A stretch of 54,842 bases of DNA from positions 70,654,523 through 70,709,364 of the forward strand of contig NC_068982.1 in NCBI RefSeq assembly GCF_001194135.2, written 5' to 3'. Below the pieces are notes generated by a model that was given only the letters and a program-made list of their open reading frames with translations, did no database searches and was not told the DNA's origin. This document shows, piece after piece, positions 23,001 through 36,561 of this stretch (positions within the stretch are counted from its first letter, which is position 1; every line of letters starts with the position of its first letter). Origin of the DNA: Octopus bimaculoides (lineage: Eukaryota). A program made the translations under genes and the position numbers.

Positions 23001-24269
23001 ACCTATTTCATCAACCCTGAAAAACTTGCCCCTGCTGGTGCCATGAACTGGAATTTTCCAAGTACAGACTCTTTACCATTCTGGGGTCAAATCCTCCATG
23101 GTCAACTTTGCTTTTCATTGTTTCAGGAGTGAATATAATAAAATACTAATCAAATACTGGAGTCTGATTACATTATCTGTTTTTAGCTTTTATCTTTTAC
23201 TTGTTTCAGTCATTGGACTGCGGCCATGCTGGAGTAGTTATATTTATTAAAAAAAAATTTTTTAAGCCTGATCCTTATTGTATCGGTGGAGGTATGTGGC
23301 TTAATGGTTAGGGTATTGGAGTCATGATTGTAAGATTATGGTTTCAATTCCTGGACCAGGTGATGCATTGTGTTCTTGAGCAAAACACTTCATTTCATGT
23401 TGCTCTACTCCACTCAGCTGGCAAAAATGAGTAATCCTGTGACAGACCGGTGTCCCGTCCAGGTGGGGAATTTATACACCATGGAAACCGTGAAACCAGA
23501 CCTTAATAGTTAACATGACTTAGGAAGGAACTTTACTCTTTACTACTTATTGTATCAGTCTCTTTTGCCAGACGACTAGGTTACAAGGATGTAACCACAC
23601 CGACACAGGTTGTCAAACAGTGGAGGAGGACAGACACTGAAACAAAGGCACATACACACATGTACAATGGGATTCTTTCAGTTTCTATCTATTAAATCCA
23701 CTCACAAGGCTTTGGTCCACCTGAAGCTGTTATAAAAGACACTTGTCCAAGGTGCCATGTAGTAGGACTGAACCTGGAACGATATGGTCGGGAAGCAAAT
23801 TTCTCATTATACAGGTATACCTTTCCTCAAATTGCTAGCTGTGTAATTAAGAAGTTTGTTTCCCAACCACATGATTCCAGGTTCAGTCCCACTGCATGGT
23901 GCCTTGGGCAAGTGTCTTTTATTATAGCCCCAAGTCAACCAAAGCTTTCTGACTTCATTCAGTTGATGGAAACTGAAAGTGTATATGTACGTGAGTGTGT
24001 GTATGTTTGTGTCTCCTTGTTTTCATATCATGTACTTGTTGTAAATGAATGTCATTCATATCCAGTTTTCTGTGAAAACATGTCTGACCATGGGGAAATA
24101 TAACCTTGCTGGAAAACATGTGAGGGTTGGTGACAGGAAAGGCATCCAACCATAAAATGTTTCTTAAATATGTTCCTATCCAACCCATGCTAGCCTGGAA
24201 AATTACACTAAAGTCTCAGTATTTCATCTGTATCACTAATACAACTCCATCATTTGCTGTCACATTAAA

Positions 24270-24585
24270 GGGTAAAGACCTCCCCTCCCACTTCAGTCAT
24301 GATTGACCATGGGATAGCACCTAGAAAGTTTTCCTCCAAAGCACTAGTCCAGGCAAGGTTGTTTATGGAAGTGCCCCATGCATACTAGCCTTCCAACTCC
24401 ATGCCAAGGGAAAGGCAAAGGCCAGTACAACTTGGCACCAGTTACATCACAACTCATTTCTACAGCTGAGTGAATTGGAGCAACACAAAATAAAGTGTTT
24501 TGTTCAAGAACACAACACACAGCCCAGTCCAGGAATTGAATTCACTACCTCATGATTGTGAGCCTGATGCTCTTACTGAGCCATA
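24270..24585 (-). mobile_element. SINE family F (GGGTAAAGACC end); also at about 40625-40945
   Basis: Shared blocks GACCATGGGA..GCACCTAGAAAGTT and AATAAAGTG..TTG.TCAAGAAC. tRNA-like head on the minus strand. Confidence 0.6.
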
Positions 24586-24659
24586 TTAACAATTTGCATA
24601 AGTTTAATATTTATAATAAAATATAAATTCCATTAATCTTTTTGTTCTTCTGCTTTCAG

Positions 24660-24783
24660 ACGAAGGTTGAAATCTACAACGAAACATATTTATGATACTC
24701 TTTTTGTAAATGGGCAAGGCAGTGATATCACAATCAAAGCATTGGGTCAAGAATGGCGCCTACACAAAATGTATATAAGTCAA
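24660..24783 (+). CDS. GMCL1: GMCL1 exon 2, start of BTB domain (RRLKSTTKHIYDTLFVNGQGSDITIKALGQEWRLHKMYISQ)
   Basis: Acceptor tttcag, donor GTAAGT. Matches recalled GMCL1 KLKSTSKYIYQTLFLNGENSDIKICALGEEWSLHKIYLCQ. Confidence 0.95.
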
Positions 24784-26862
24784 GTAAGTAACTCTTTGTG
24801 TTCACTGTTGTGAACTCAGTGTCTTTGATTTTAGTTTTTTTTAATTGTGGCTGTTTGATTAAGAATCTTGTTTCTCAACAATATGGTTTTTGTGTGCAAC
24901 ACCTTGAGTAAGTGTCTTCAGCTATAGCCTTGGGTCGACCAAAGCTGTGTGAGTGAATTTGGTAGATGGAAGCTGAAAGTGATGGAAATCATCATCATCA
25001 TCATCATCGTTTAACGTCCGCTTTCCATGCTAGCATGGGTTGGACGATTTGACTGAGGACTGGTGAAACCGGATGGCAACACTAGGCTCCAATCTAATTT
25101 GGCAGAGTTTCTACAGCTGGATGCCCTTCCTGGGGGATACAAAGTGATATTAATATACAGGTGTGGCTATGTGGTGAGAGGCTTGGTTCTGGGTTCAGTC
25201 CCACTGTATAGCATTTTGAGCAAGTGTCTTTTACTATAGCTTTGGGCCAACCAGAGCCTTGTAAGTGGATTTGATAAATGGAAACNNNNNNNNNNATCTG
25301 TGTGTGTGTGTGTATATATATAAAATGGAACAAGAATGTAACAGGCGACAACAAAACATTCGGACAGTTAGACAATACCCTTCCTGTTGCCAAACCTTAC
25401 CTGTTCCTATTTTCCCATGGCCAAACAACTGGAAACAAACAACATTGTTTATATGATGGAGTTTCTCGCTTGCAACTGTCACAAGATGTCAAGACAAAGG
25501 TACATACAAATACACACACACACACGCACACACAACAGGCTTCTTTCAGTTTCCATCTACCAAATCCACTCACAAGTCTTTGGTCGGCCTTGGGCTATAG
25601 TAGAAGGCAATTACCCAAGGTGCTGCATTGTGGGACTGAACCCAAAACCACCTAGTTGGGAAGCAAGCTTCTCAACTACACAGCCATGCCTGTACCAATA
25701 ACATTGTAAACCAAGTATTGTAAATCTTGATAGATCATTATTCAATCAGTATTACATAATCAGTTTTAAATGAAGAACCTCGGTGTACTTTCACTTATGA
25801 CACTGATATAGTAAACAATCAGAAAAACCACAAGCTGTTGATGTTCTGAGAAATATGTGTGATCTTTAAACAAACTTGTACCTGTATTGACCTATAACTA
25901 TTGAATCAATTTATTGATTGTTTAAGTGATTTCCTAGATATTAGCTGTTCATATGAGTAACAACTTGTCATCTGCATCTCCTCTCACTTTCTCCCTATAT
26001 CTGTCATTCTACTAATTTGATACCACTAACAGTAGTTCTCTCTCTCTCTCTCCCTCTCTCTCTCTCTCCCTCTCTCTCTCTCTCTAATACACACACAAAT
26101 AAATACAAATTCACACATCGTACATTCTTTGTCACTACACTTACCAAAGATTAAATTCATTCTGTCTATCTGTCTTCATTATATCACCCTTCATTCTTCC
26201 TTAACCTTTTGCACATACAATCTTAGATGCCTCACATCAAATCTGCAAGAACATAATGCCATGAACAGAGATCTCAGGAACATCCTTCAATGAGATTAAC
26301 ACAAAGACAGTCATACTCCTTGTAAAAAAAGGAACATCTGCAAGGTCACTACAGATCTCTCCTGGTGAATGCATCCCTTCAGTAAAGACTGTATCACAAA
26401 GACTGGTTATAAAATACTTTATCGCCACACTAATTCTTAATTTTCTATGCAGAGGAGATGACTTGTGGTACTTAAGACAGAGCATGCAATTTTGAAAGTT
26501 AAAGCCATATAATTGATGTAAGGTACACTGGTGTCCTCAGTAATGCTGGTAGCATGAAAAGTCACTCAGTACACACTACAAAGTGGTTGGCATTGGGAAG
26601 GGCATCCAGCCATAGAAACCATGCCAGAACTAACACTGGAACTGAACACATTCCTTCAGCTCACCAGATCCTGTCAAACCATCCAATACATGCCAGCTTA
26701 GAAAATGGACATTAGGTAATAATAATGATGATGGTGATTCACCCTCTTTCCCAACTGTGTCTCATAAAACCAGAAGATTTAAAACCAAATTTGTTATTTG
26801 CATTCATGCTGGAAACATCACTACTGCCATAAAGCTCCAGTGAGCCCTACAATAGAGTAATA

Positions 26863-27770
26863 CGAGGTGGTATCAAAAGGTTCCCAGACTAGTGATGTTT
26901 AATAAAAAAAAATAACTTATTTACCTAAATTTTAACATCATCTCCTTTGAAATAGTCACCTTGCGCAGCAATACATCAGTCCCAGCATTCCTACCACTTT
27001 TGGAATCTGGTCTGGAAGTTATTTTCCATAAGCAAGTCAAGGATCTTCTGAAATTCACTCTGGATCTCGATAAGTTTTAAAAGGGTGGCCTTTGAGCTGC
27101 ATTTTCATCTTGGGGAATAGATGGAAGTCTGCAGGTGCTAAATCTGACAAATAAGGCTTGCACAGAAGTGATACATGCTGTTTTTTTGTGAGAAACTTAC
27201 AAGTGAGGGGAACTCGGTGACAGGGTGCATTGTCATTGTAAAGAATCCAATTCTTTGCACTCCACAGATCTGGCTGCTTTCACCAAATATCCTCCTTCAA
27301 ATGCTTCAAAACATCACAAAAGAACTCTCAATTGATGGTCTGAGCCTGGGGGACAAATTCTTGATGCATAATACCACATTTCCAGGGATGACGCTCATGG
27401 CAGGTCTTCCAGATTGCTCATAATCTTCTAGGGTCATCCTTCCGCCTTTGAAGCACCCGTACCACTTGAAACATTGCCTTACAACCCATTGCTTCATCAC
27501 TGTAAGCTTGCTGAAGCATGCTCAATGTCTTTGTAGCAGATTTCCCAAGTTTAATGCAAAATTTTTTCCTGTCCATGATTAAATCACAAACTACAGCATA
27601 CATGTGAACACAAAAGCACAAATTTCATAAATTGCAAAGTAAACACAACAATGTCGCTTGGCACACTGCCTCATGAAGATCACTGCTAGCTCTCACTGCA
27701 CATGCAACTGTGTACTACCATCTATTTGCATGCTACAGAACTAGTCCAAAAACTTTTTGATCTCACCTCA
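26863..27770 (-). mobile_element. Internally deleted mariner (908 bp)
   Basis: TA|CGAGGTGGTATCAAAAGGTT..ACTAG / CTAGT..AACTTTTTGATCTCACCTCA|TA TIRs. Fragments KFCIKLGKSAT, SGRP, DNAPCH and DLAPADFHLFPKMK. First catalytic-D region missing. Confidence 0.88.
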
Positions 27771-28121
27771 TACTATCATATCTGAGATGGTTTTACTGCT
27801 GCGCATGTTCAGCCTCTATCACATCCATTGAAAGACCACTTGACAGATAAGCATAAAGTCACTTACAAAATTATTCCAACTTCTAATCCATGTACATACT
27901 ATGTCCTCTTGTTGTCTTACCTACCTCTACTACAATGACTGAAACAAGTAATAGAGTAATGAGTTGCAGGATATGACTTTCCAATTCATCATTAGTTCTT
28001 GTTGTTGTTTTAGGAAGCAGTTCCTGGTTGAAAAGTGGCCAGCTTAATTGATGTGTAATATTCATTTTTGATATTTGTACAGAAATTGATTGAGCATTTC
28101 TCCTTTCTTTTTTTCTTCCAG

Positions 28122-28218
28122 TCAGCCTACTTTGCTTGTATGTTCAATGGATCATGGAAAGAATCTGATGAATCTGTCATAAATATTGATATTGTTGATC
28201 CCAATATTGATGTCGATG
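28122..28218 (+). CDS. GMCL1: GMCL1 exon 3, BTB (SAYFACMFNGSWKESDESVINIDIVDPNIDVD)
   Basis: Acceptor ttccag, donor GTAAGT. SxYFxxMFxGSWKES BTB motif. Confidence 0.95.
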
Positions 28219-28544
28219 GTAAGTCTGCATTAGTTGAACTAAAGCTGGCCAATGGTATGGGTAAAAACACACACACATAAATATCAAAAGTTGTTGGCTG
28301 ATCTAAGAGAAGTGAATGTGTTATAGAAAAATATTATATAATCAAATGAGACATACAGAATTTGTAGTTAGTTATCTTTGCTTGAAGTCAGTTACATTTG
28401 TCATATTCATCTACAGCCAATTGTACACATCATAAACTGTCATTGATTTGCTTATTACATAGCTACTTATAATTAGCATGTCTAAAATGAGTAAAAGAGT
28501 AAGTTAATCTTAGTTCAGTCATTTTTCTTCTCTTATCTTTTCAG

Positions 28545-28642
28545 CTCTCAACATTACCCTTGGCTCATTCTACAATGACAATGTACTGATCAGACCAACG
28601 CAAGTGGTCAGTATACTTGCTGCTGCACGGTTACTGCAACTG
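28545..28642 (+). CDS. GMCL1: GMCL1 exon 4, BTB (ALNITLGSFYNDNVLIRPTQVVSILAAARLLQL)
   Basis: Acceptor tttcag, donor GTAAGA. Phase 1 in, phase 0 out. Confidence 0.95.
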
Positions 28643-30993
28643 GTAAGATTCCAAAACTTTTCAACTTTAGCATAACTGCCAGAACAAGAAAATGGATGGC
28701 TGATCTAATGGTAACGAGTTCAAACTTGGTATACCCTGCTAGTCAAGGTGTAATAGGAAATGGGGGCTATATCCACCTGATGGCTAAGTTGTTAGGGATA
28801 TGGGATGACAGCTAGCTCTACAAATATTCTTTCTTGCAATTTGTATGTTCTGCATATACATGTACCTTTTTTTTTATTCTTTTACTTGTTTCAGTCATTG
28901 AACTGTGGCCATGCTAGGGCACTGCCTAAAAGGGTTTTGGTTAAAAATCGACCTCAGGACTTATGTTTTTATTCTTTAAGTTTGATACTTATTCTGTTGG
29001 TCTCTTTTAATGAACTGCTAAGTTACAGGGATTTCAACAAACCAACACCAGTTGTAAATCCATGAAGGAGGGGGTTGTCAAACACAGACACAAAGACACA
29101 CACTCAGACATATATAGGTGCATGTGTGTATAGACACACACACACACACACATTTATATAAAGTGAAGTTCCATACAGTTTCCATCTATTAAATTCACTC
29201 ACAAGGTGTCTGCAGTGAGACAGAACCTAAAGCCACATTGTTACAAAGCAAGCTTCTTTATCACACAGCCATTTTCTTAAACCTTAATCAGTTACAAATT
29301 TTAAAAACTTTTTTTATGTTAATATGGATTAGGTGGATCATAATTGAGATATTTGCAAGAATTTGATAGAATTTCCTATAACCTTTTAGTAACCATCAGC
29401 AAACATAGAAAAATTAATGTAAAACGAGACTTGATAAAACACGTCACCATAATTCTGCTGAGGGAAGAATGTAAAGTTTGGGATAAAACTGATGTGTGCC
29501 TTTAAATGCCAGTATCACCATCAAGTAAGAGAAGGAGAGTCAATTACTTCATTACTTGATCTTTTAACATTCAGATTACTCAAGCAAATGTAGAAAACTA
29601 TAACTGGTATTTCATCAGTTACAATGACAAAGGTTCCAGTTGACCCGATCAACAGAACAGCATGTTCATGAAATTAATGTGTAAGTGGCTGAGCATTCCA
29701 CAGACATGCATGCCCTTAATGCAGTTCTCAGGAAGATTCAGCATGACACAGAATATGACAAGGCTGGCTTCTTGAAATACAGGTACTATTCATTTTTGCA
29801 AGTTGAGTGGACTGGAGCAACATGAAATAAAGTGTCTTGCTGAAGGACACAACAGGCCACCAGGAATCAAATTCACAATCTTACAACTATGAGCTGAATA
29901 ACCTAACCACTAAGGCATGCACTTCATGAAATTTTATTCACATTGTTTTGAATTAATCATGCATTATCTCATAGCTTCAAGATTTAGAAGATGCAATTGT
30001 TTATTTTAAGAATGACACTGTAGGGTAGATTTCAGAGGCTGATTTGAACATAAAACAGGCAGAACATTTATGCCAGATATCAGGGCAGTTTAAATGCCAG
30101 AAGGCTGTGGTAGTGAAGCTAGCTAATGTTAATGAAATATCAGATTGATATTTCACTTCTGAATCAGATCCTACAGGGATGATGAAGTAAACACCTGCAA
30201 CTTAGTGGTAAGAATTTTACTTCCCAACCACATGGTTCTGGGTTCAGTCCCACTGTGTAGCACCTTAGGCAAGCGGCTCCTACTATAGCCAGGCTGACCA
30301 GCCTCATGTGTGGTTTTGGTAGATGGAAACTGAAAGAAGCCCATATGTGTGTGTTTTATCAGTCTTTAAGAAATAAGTACTGGGAGTTGATTCACTTGAC
30401 TAAAAATTCTTCCTGACAGCGCCCCACCAGCATGCCCACAGTCTAATGACTGAAACAAGTGAAAGAATAAAAATGGTGTCATTTATTTGCAGTCATCTGC
30501 AGCAACATGACTGGGCTCTTCATTGTTTGATAGTCAGGGAGATTGTTACCTCACTTAGAAACTGGTAACTTAGTGCCATGAAGGGCATCTGGTCATAGAA
30601 GATCCTGCCTCAATTTAGCCTTGTGTAATACATGGAAGCATGGAAAAGTAGATATTAGAACCATTATTTTTATATCAAATGCTCTCTTCAGTTTGCTTGG
30701 CTGACACAAAGGTTTCACACCGACTTCAAAGTTGAAAAACGTTAATTAAAGCTAGTTAGTTATAGAAAAAAAGTCAATTACTTGGGCATTATGGAAAAGT
30801 TCTAGTTTATGAAAAATATCCCCATGTATGCTTGTGTGGAAAAATAAAGTATACAATTAAAAGATTCAATAACTATCTCACCTCCAATACACAAATGTGC
30901 TTTGTCAGTTGTCAAAAAGTCAATATTTTAACATTTGTATTTATTTGTAAAAGAAAATATTTAATTAACCAGTTAATTCTACTACTTCAACAG

Positions 30994-31040
30994 GAAGACC
31001 TTATCCAACAATGTGAGTCAATTATGAAAGATTCTATTAG
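30994..31040 (+). CDS. GMCL1: GMCL1 exon 5, 47 nt (EDLIQQCESIMKDSI)
   Basis: Acceptor caacag, donor GTAAGT. LIQQC motif at the BTB/BACK junction. Confidence 0.92.
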
Positions 31041-31216
31041 GTAAGTGACACATTTTCCATCTTCTTTCAATAATAATAATATAAATTTAAATGGAGGTTA
31101 AAAAAACCACCTTAATGGATAGAAAATATCCAATGAATTACTGGTTTTGTTGTGAATAGTAATATTCTTAAAATAATAGGTTTAAATATAAATCTTGGTT
31201 TATAAATATTCAAATT

Positions 31217-31487
31217 AAAATCCAGAAAATGGAGAAGTAGCATTAATATAATTCATTAACTACAAAAATTCAGCATGTTCACTTACAGCTGTTTCGATCT
31301 TTGCCCAAAAGAATTAAATTCCAGTAATTAAACCATATTATTGGGCAAAATCTTGTCAGAGGAGTAAAAAATACATATCATTAGGTTATTACATGTTTAG
31401 GTAAAATCAAAACAACTTAAAGTGAACATGTTGAATTTTTGCAGTTAATAGATTATATTAATGCTACTTCTCCATTTTCTGGATTTT
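31217..31487. repeat. Inverted repeat with 68-bp arms (MITE-like)
   Basis: 31217-31284 AAAATCCAGAAAATGGAGAAGTAGCATTAATATAAT.. pairs with 31420-31487. Confidence 0.85.
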
Positions 31488-31667
31488 GATAATAATAATA
31501 ATCCTTTCTACTGTAGACACAAGGCCGCGAGGGGGGGGGGATAGACAATTACATCAACCTCAGTGCATAACTGGTACTTATTTCATCGACCCCGAAAGGA
31601 TGAAAGGCAAAGTCGACCTTGGCAGAATTTGAATTCAGAATGTAAAGACAGACAAAATGAATAATAA

Positions 31668-31750
31668 TAATGATGGTGATGATGATGGTGGTGGTGGTGG
31701 TGGTGGTGGTGATGGTGATGGTGATGATGATGATGGTGATGGTGATGATC
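31668..31750. repeat. Compound (GAT/GGT)n microsatellite
   Basis: Direct reading. Source of the poly-His and poly-Thr ORFs. Confidence 0.95.
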
Positions 31751-33023
31751 CATGACACTTAACACCTAATTAACCAGAACAAGTAAGATCAAGAGCTCTG
31801 AGAAGTAAAATATAATAATAATAATAATAATAATAGTAATAATGAATCTATTGTAAACAGTGCTCAGGTGCACTACAACTTGTTGGAAAAGAGGAGACAG
31901 AAAGTAAACAACAATAAGTCAAATAGAGAAAGGCAAGAATGATAACCAAAAGTGCATGCAAGGTACACATAGCTGCTTGTTCTTTTCCAGTTCATTTTTG
32001 ATAATTCACTCATCATCATCATTGTTGTTTAACATCCGCTTTCCATGCTAGCATGGGTTGGACGATTTGACTGAGGACTGGTGGACCAGGAGGCGACACC
32101 AGGCTCCAATCTGATTTGGCAGAGTTCCTACAGCTGGATGCCCTTCCTAACGCCAACCACTCCGGGAGTGTAGTGGGTGCTTTTACGTGCCACCGGCACG
32201 AGGGCCAGTCAGGCGGGTACTGGCAACGGCCATTCAATAAAAAAAAAACAAGACAAAATATGTCTTTATTATTGGTTGATTGATTTTAATACCAAGTAAC
32301 TAGGATTATCAAGGAATTAATGAAAAATTAATCTAGTTTTTACACCAAAAATATAACATTATCCATTCACTGAAGATAAAAATTTATATTAATATACACA
32401 CTGGAAGAAGCCTGAGATTAAATACCAATCTGTACCACATTATAATGTGTAAACAAGTGTGGGACAGCACTAGGTTTAATATTCTATCTCAGGGAAACTC
32501 CACAAGGGGACTTGTATGTTATAAACATAATGATTCACTCAGAATACCAGTGGATCACCAGATACAGATGTTTGAACCTGATTTGGTCCCCTCAGTGGCA
32601 AATACCCACAAACGTTCTGAATTAAGCCAAAAATGCTTGTTCTGATATAGAAATCAATAAACAAAACATTTACTGATTTGTGTGAAAGCTAGTCAGGCTA
32701 GAACTATGAAACTTTAAGAGAAAATGTAAGGGGGCCAGCTGGTAGAATCATTAGCACACTGGGCAAAATGCTTAGTGGTATTTTGTCTGCTTTTACATTC
32801 TGAGTTCAAATTCCTCTGAGGTCGACTTTACCTTCCATCCCTTTTGAGATCACTAAAATAAGTACCAGTTGAAAACTGGGTCAATATAATTGATTTATCC
32901 CCTTCCCCAAAATTGCTGGCCTTGTGCCAAATTTTGAAACCAATATTAATAGAAGATATGACTTGAATTTTATCTTCAGTTTGAAAGTTTATTTTGTAAT
33001 TGTTCTGTTCTGTTTGTCTGTAG

Positions 33024-33155
33024 TGCCACAACAGTCTGTAAATATTACATGGGAGCTACTATGTATGGCGCCTTGGATGTAGAATCTCAATGCTTGCAAT
33101 GGCTACAAAGAAACTTACTTTCTCTGCGAGAAATTGATTTGCTCAAAGACATTAG
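33024..33155 (+). CDS. GMCL1: GMCL1 exon 6, BACK (ATTVCKYYMGATMYGALDVESQCLQWLQRNLLSLREIDLLKDI)
   Basis: Acceptor ctgtag, donor GTGAGT. TVCxYY...YG...CLxWL..NL pattern. Confidence 0.95.
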
Positions 33156-33478
33156 GTGAGTGTCACTATTCATTGTCATTTAAAATGAAAAATAATAATA
33201 ATTTCTTTCTGTCCACGAGCTAACAAAATTTAACAGTTCCATGCTTTTTGTTTTTATTTGCTGAATCTGGAGAAAGCAGAAGAGCCCCTGACTGAACCTT
33301 GCTGCCCTTCTGAGGCTGGTGGGGTTCATGGTGTTAATGTTGCATTTAAACTTTTGCAGGTCAACAACTGCAGAAAAGACATAAGCAGGGAGAAGATTCC
33401 AGTGGGCTGATCTATGTAGCTATTCATGTATCACCCATCTACCGATCCATTGGTTCATCAAGATACCTCCTCTCTCTC

Positions 33479-33515
<37 letters not shown>

Positions 33516-34535
33516 ATATATATATATANNNNNNNNNNNNNNNNNNNNNNNNNNNNNNNNNNNNNNNNNNNNNNNNNNNNNNNNNNNNNNNNNNNNNNNN
33601 NNNNNNNNNNNNNNNNNNNNNNNNNNNNNNNNNNNNNNNNNNNNNNNNNNNNNNNNNNNNNNNNNNNNNNNNNNNNNNNNNNNNNNNNNNNNNNNNNNNN
33701 NNNNNNNNNNNNNNNNNNNNNNNNNNNNNNNNNNNNNNNNNNNNNNNNNNNNNNNNNNNNNNNNNNNNNNNNNNNNNNNNNNNNNNNNNNNNNNNNNNNN
33801 NNNNNNNNNNNNNNNNNNNNNNNNNNNNNNNNNNNNNNNNNNNNNNNNNNNNNNNNNNNNNNNNNNNNNNNNNNNNNNNNNNNNNNNNNNNNNNNNNNNN
33901 NNNNNNNNNNNNNNNNNNNNNNNNNNNNNNNNNNNNNNNNNNNNNNNNNNNNNNNNNNNNNNNNNNNNNNNNNNNNNNNNNNNNNNNNNNNNNNNNNNNN
34001 NNNNNNNNNNNNNNNNNNNNNNNNNNNNNNNNNNNNNNNNNNNNNNNNNNNNNNNNNNNNNNNNNNNNNNNNNNNNNNNNNNNNNNNNNNNNNNNNNNNN
34101 NNNNNNNNNNNNNNNNNNNNNNNNNNNNNNNNNNNNNNNNNNNNNNNNNNNNNNNNNNNNNNNNNNNNNNNNNNNNNNNNNNNNNNNNNNNNNNNNNNNN
34201 NNNNNNNNNNNNNNNNNNNNNNNNNNNNNNNNNNNNNNNNNNNNNNNNNNNNNNNNNNNNNNNNNNNNNNNNNNNNNNNNNNNNNNNNNNNNNNNNNNNN
34301 NNNNNNNNNNNNNNNNNNNNNNNNNNNNNNNNNNNNNNNNNNNAATGACGAGTGTGTTAAAGGTACCTGAGTGGTGCTCCATATATAATGCTAGCAAAAG
34401 TGAGTTTTAAGGAAATTCTATGCAGTCATAAAGGGGCAAATTGGCAGAGTTGTTGGTGCATTAGATAGAATGCTTTGTGGTTTGTGATCCGAGTTCAAAT
34501 TCCACCAAAGTCAACTTTACCTTTCATCCTTTTTT

Positions 34536-35020
34536 ATCATCATCATCATCGTTTAACGTCCGCTTTCCATGCTAGCATGGGTTGGACGATTTGACTGAGG
34601 ACTGGTGAGCCAGATGGCTACATCAGGCTCCAATCTGTCTTTTCACGTGCCACTGGTAACGATCATGCTCAAATGGTGCTATTTACATGCCACCTGCATG
34701 GAAGCCAGACAACTGGTGCTCTGGCAACGATCACGCTTGGACGGTGCTCTTAGTGATCCACTGGTACAGGTGCCATCACGATTTCGCTTTCGCTTGCCCC
34801 AACAGGTCTTCGCAAGCCGAGTTTAGTGTTCAATGAAAGAGACATTGGCAAGGGTGCCAGTCTACAAATTTAGTTCGATTTCGATTTCACTTGCCTCAGC
34901 AGGTCTTCGCAAACAAAGTTTAGTGTCCAATGAAGGAATGTTACGCATAAGTGGGCTGGCTACATCCCTGGCAGAGGCCTTGGATTTTGGTCTCACTTGG
35001 CTTGCTGGGTCTTCTGATCA
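34536..35020 (-). mobile_element. Longer family D copy (LINE 3' UTR-like) with internal ~60 bp duplication
   Basis: Family D tail plus two copies of CGATTTCG.TTTC.CTTGCC.CA.CAGGTCTTCGCAA..AGTTTAGTGT.CAATGAA. Confidence 0.6.
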
Positions 35021-35341
35021 GTAAAAGGCACCACTGCAACAGTGAATTGGCAGAACTGGTAGAGAGTTGGGCAAGATGCAATGCAGTGTCTGTTCTGGTT
35101 CTTCACATTCTGACATCAGTATCTATAATGACACTGGGACCAAGTTATATTGGTTCTAAGGTGATGGTTTTTTTCTTGGACACCACTGATGGTGTGGAGA
35201 AAGGAAACTTGTATGCATGGACAACTGTCAATCTTCCATGAAAAAGGAAGAACTTACCTAGGCTTAAACATATAGTTGCAAATGAGGTCACACAATTTGC
35301 TAAAAATAGCAGCATTCAAATCACAATCTAACAGCCTTATA

Positions 35342-35729
35342 GGAAAGTTGGTTATACATCATTAGATGTATACCTGACTTTACTATATAAAATTAAAGAA
35401 TATAACGGAACGCTGAACTCCAGACTATCAACTTATACAACATTTTATTCAGTTGGTAAATATATACATCTTTGGCTCTTGTTGTTACAGCTTCTGTGTG
35501 TGTGAGCATAGTCGTTTGGACGTTGTTATGTAGATGTAAGCGAGCTGTCGAGTGTAAGTCCGAAAGATGGAGAGTGACAGCTAAACATGTAAAGAGACTG
35601 TCTCCAGAGTTGGGTGTTGGAGACACTGCTTGACACGTCCATGCTCTATTGCTGGCCAGCAAGAAAGAGAATGAATTGAGCGGGAACGCTTGCTTGTTTA
35701 ATTCCACGCATGCGCACGGCGTTACTACA
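35342..35729 (-). mobile_element. LTR-like remnant
   Basis: Minus strand starts TGTAGTAAC and carries AATAAA (plus-strand TTTATT near 35444). CpG-rich. Other terminus unclear. Confidence 0.4.
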
Positions 35730-36476
35730 GCCTTATAAAAGGAAGGATGTTTTGATAATGTAGTTTTAGATATATTGTTTAAAAAAAAAAAAAGGGCTGG
35801 ATGGTCACATCCAGAACGTCTTTTATCAGAGATCTATATAATCAGNNNNNNNNNNNNNNNNNNNNNNNNNNNNNNNNNNNNNNNNNNNNNNNNNNNNNNN
35901 NNNNNNNNNNNNNNNNNNNNNNNGTGTTTATTGAGCAAAAACACCTAAAGTTCCCCGAGGCTCCAGCAGGGGATGGTGGCAAATCCTGCTGTACTCTTTC
36001 ACCACAAATTTCTCTCACTCTTACTTCCTGTTTCTGTTGTGTCTGTAATTCAAAAGGTCAGCCTTGTCACATTGTGTCACGCTGAATCTCCCCGAGAACT
36101 ACGTTAAGGGTACACGTGTCTGTGGAGTGCTCAGCCACTTGCACGTTAATTTCGCGAGTAGGCTGTTCCGCTGATCGGATCAACTGGAACCCTCGGCGAC
36201 GGAGTGCCAACAACAATATAATCAGAACTTGAGATTAAACAACAGCTTGTATTTTGGGATTTATTTGCAATGAGCTAAGCTTTTGAGAGTTTAAGTGGTA
36301 GAATGGATTTAAAACCTGGTTGAATGAGTGTGAACTGGAAAGATGGATGTAAAACATGGTAGAATGAATGTAAAGTATGGTAGACTAGCTGTGAAATGTG
36401 GTAGAATTGATGCAAAAACAGTAAAGAAAATATCTCTTTGACATTTTTTATTATTATTCGTTCTGTTGTCTTTCAG

Positions 36477-36561
36477 TTGTGAATTGATGGAAAAGATCGT
36501 TGGTTCACCCAATCTTTGTGTCCTACAAGTTGAATTAGATGTATATACATTAGTGAAAAAG
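36477..36561 (+). CDS. GMCL1: GMCL1 exon 7, BACK (CELMEKIVGSPNLCVLQVELDVYTLVKK)
   Basis: Acceptor tttcag, donor GTGAGT. SxNLxVxQVExDxY motif. Confidence 0.95.

Noticed and set aside
33420-34397. Long ORFs spanning N runs (also about 43550-43820 and 51210-52000)
   Set aside because: They stay open only because of Ns and (AT)n/(CA)n microsatellites.
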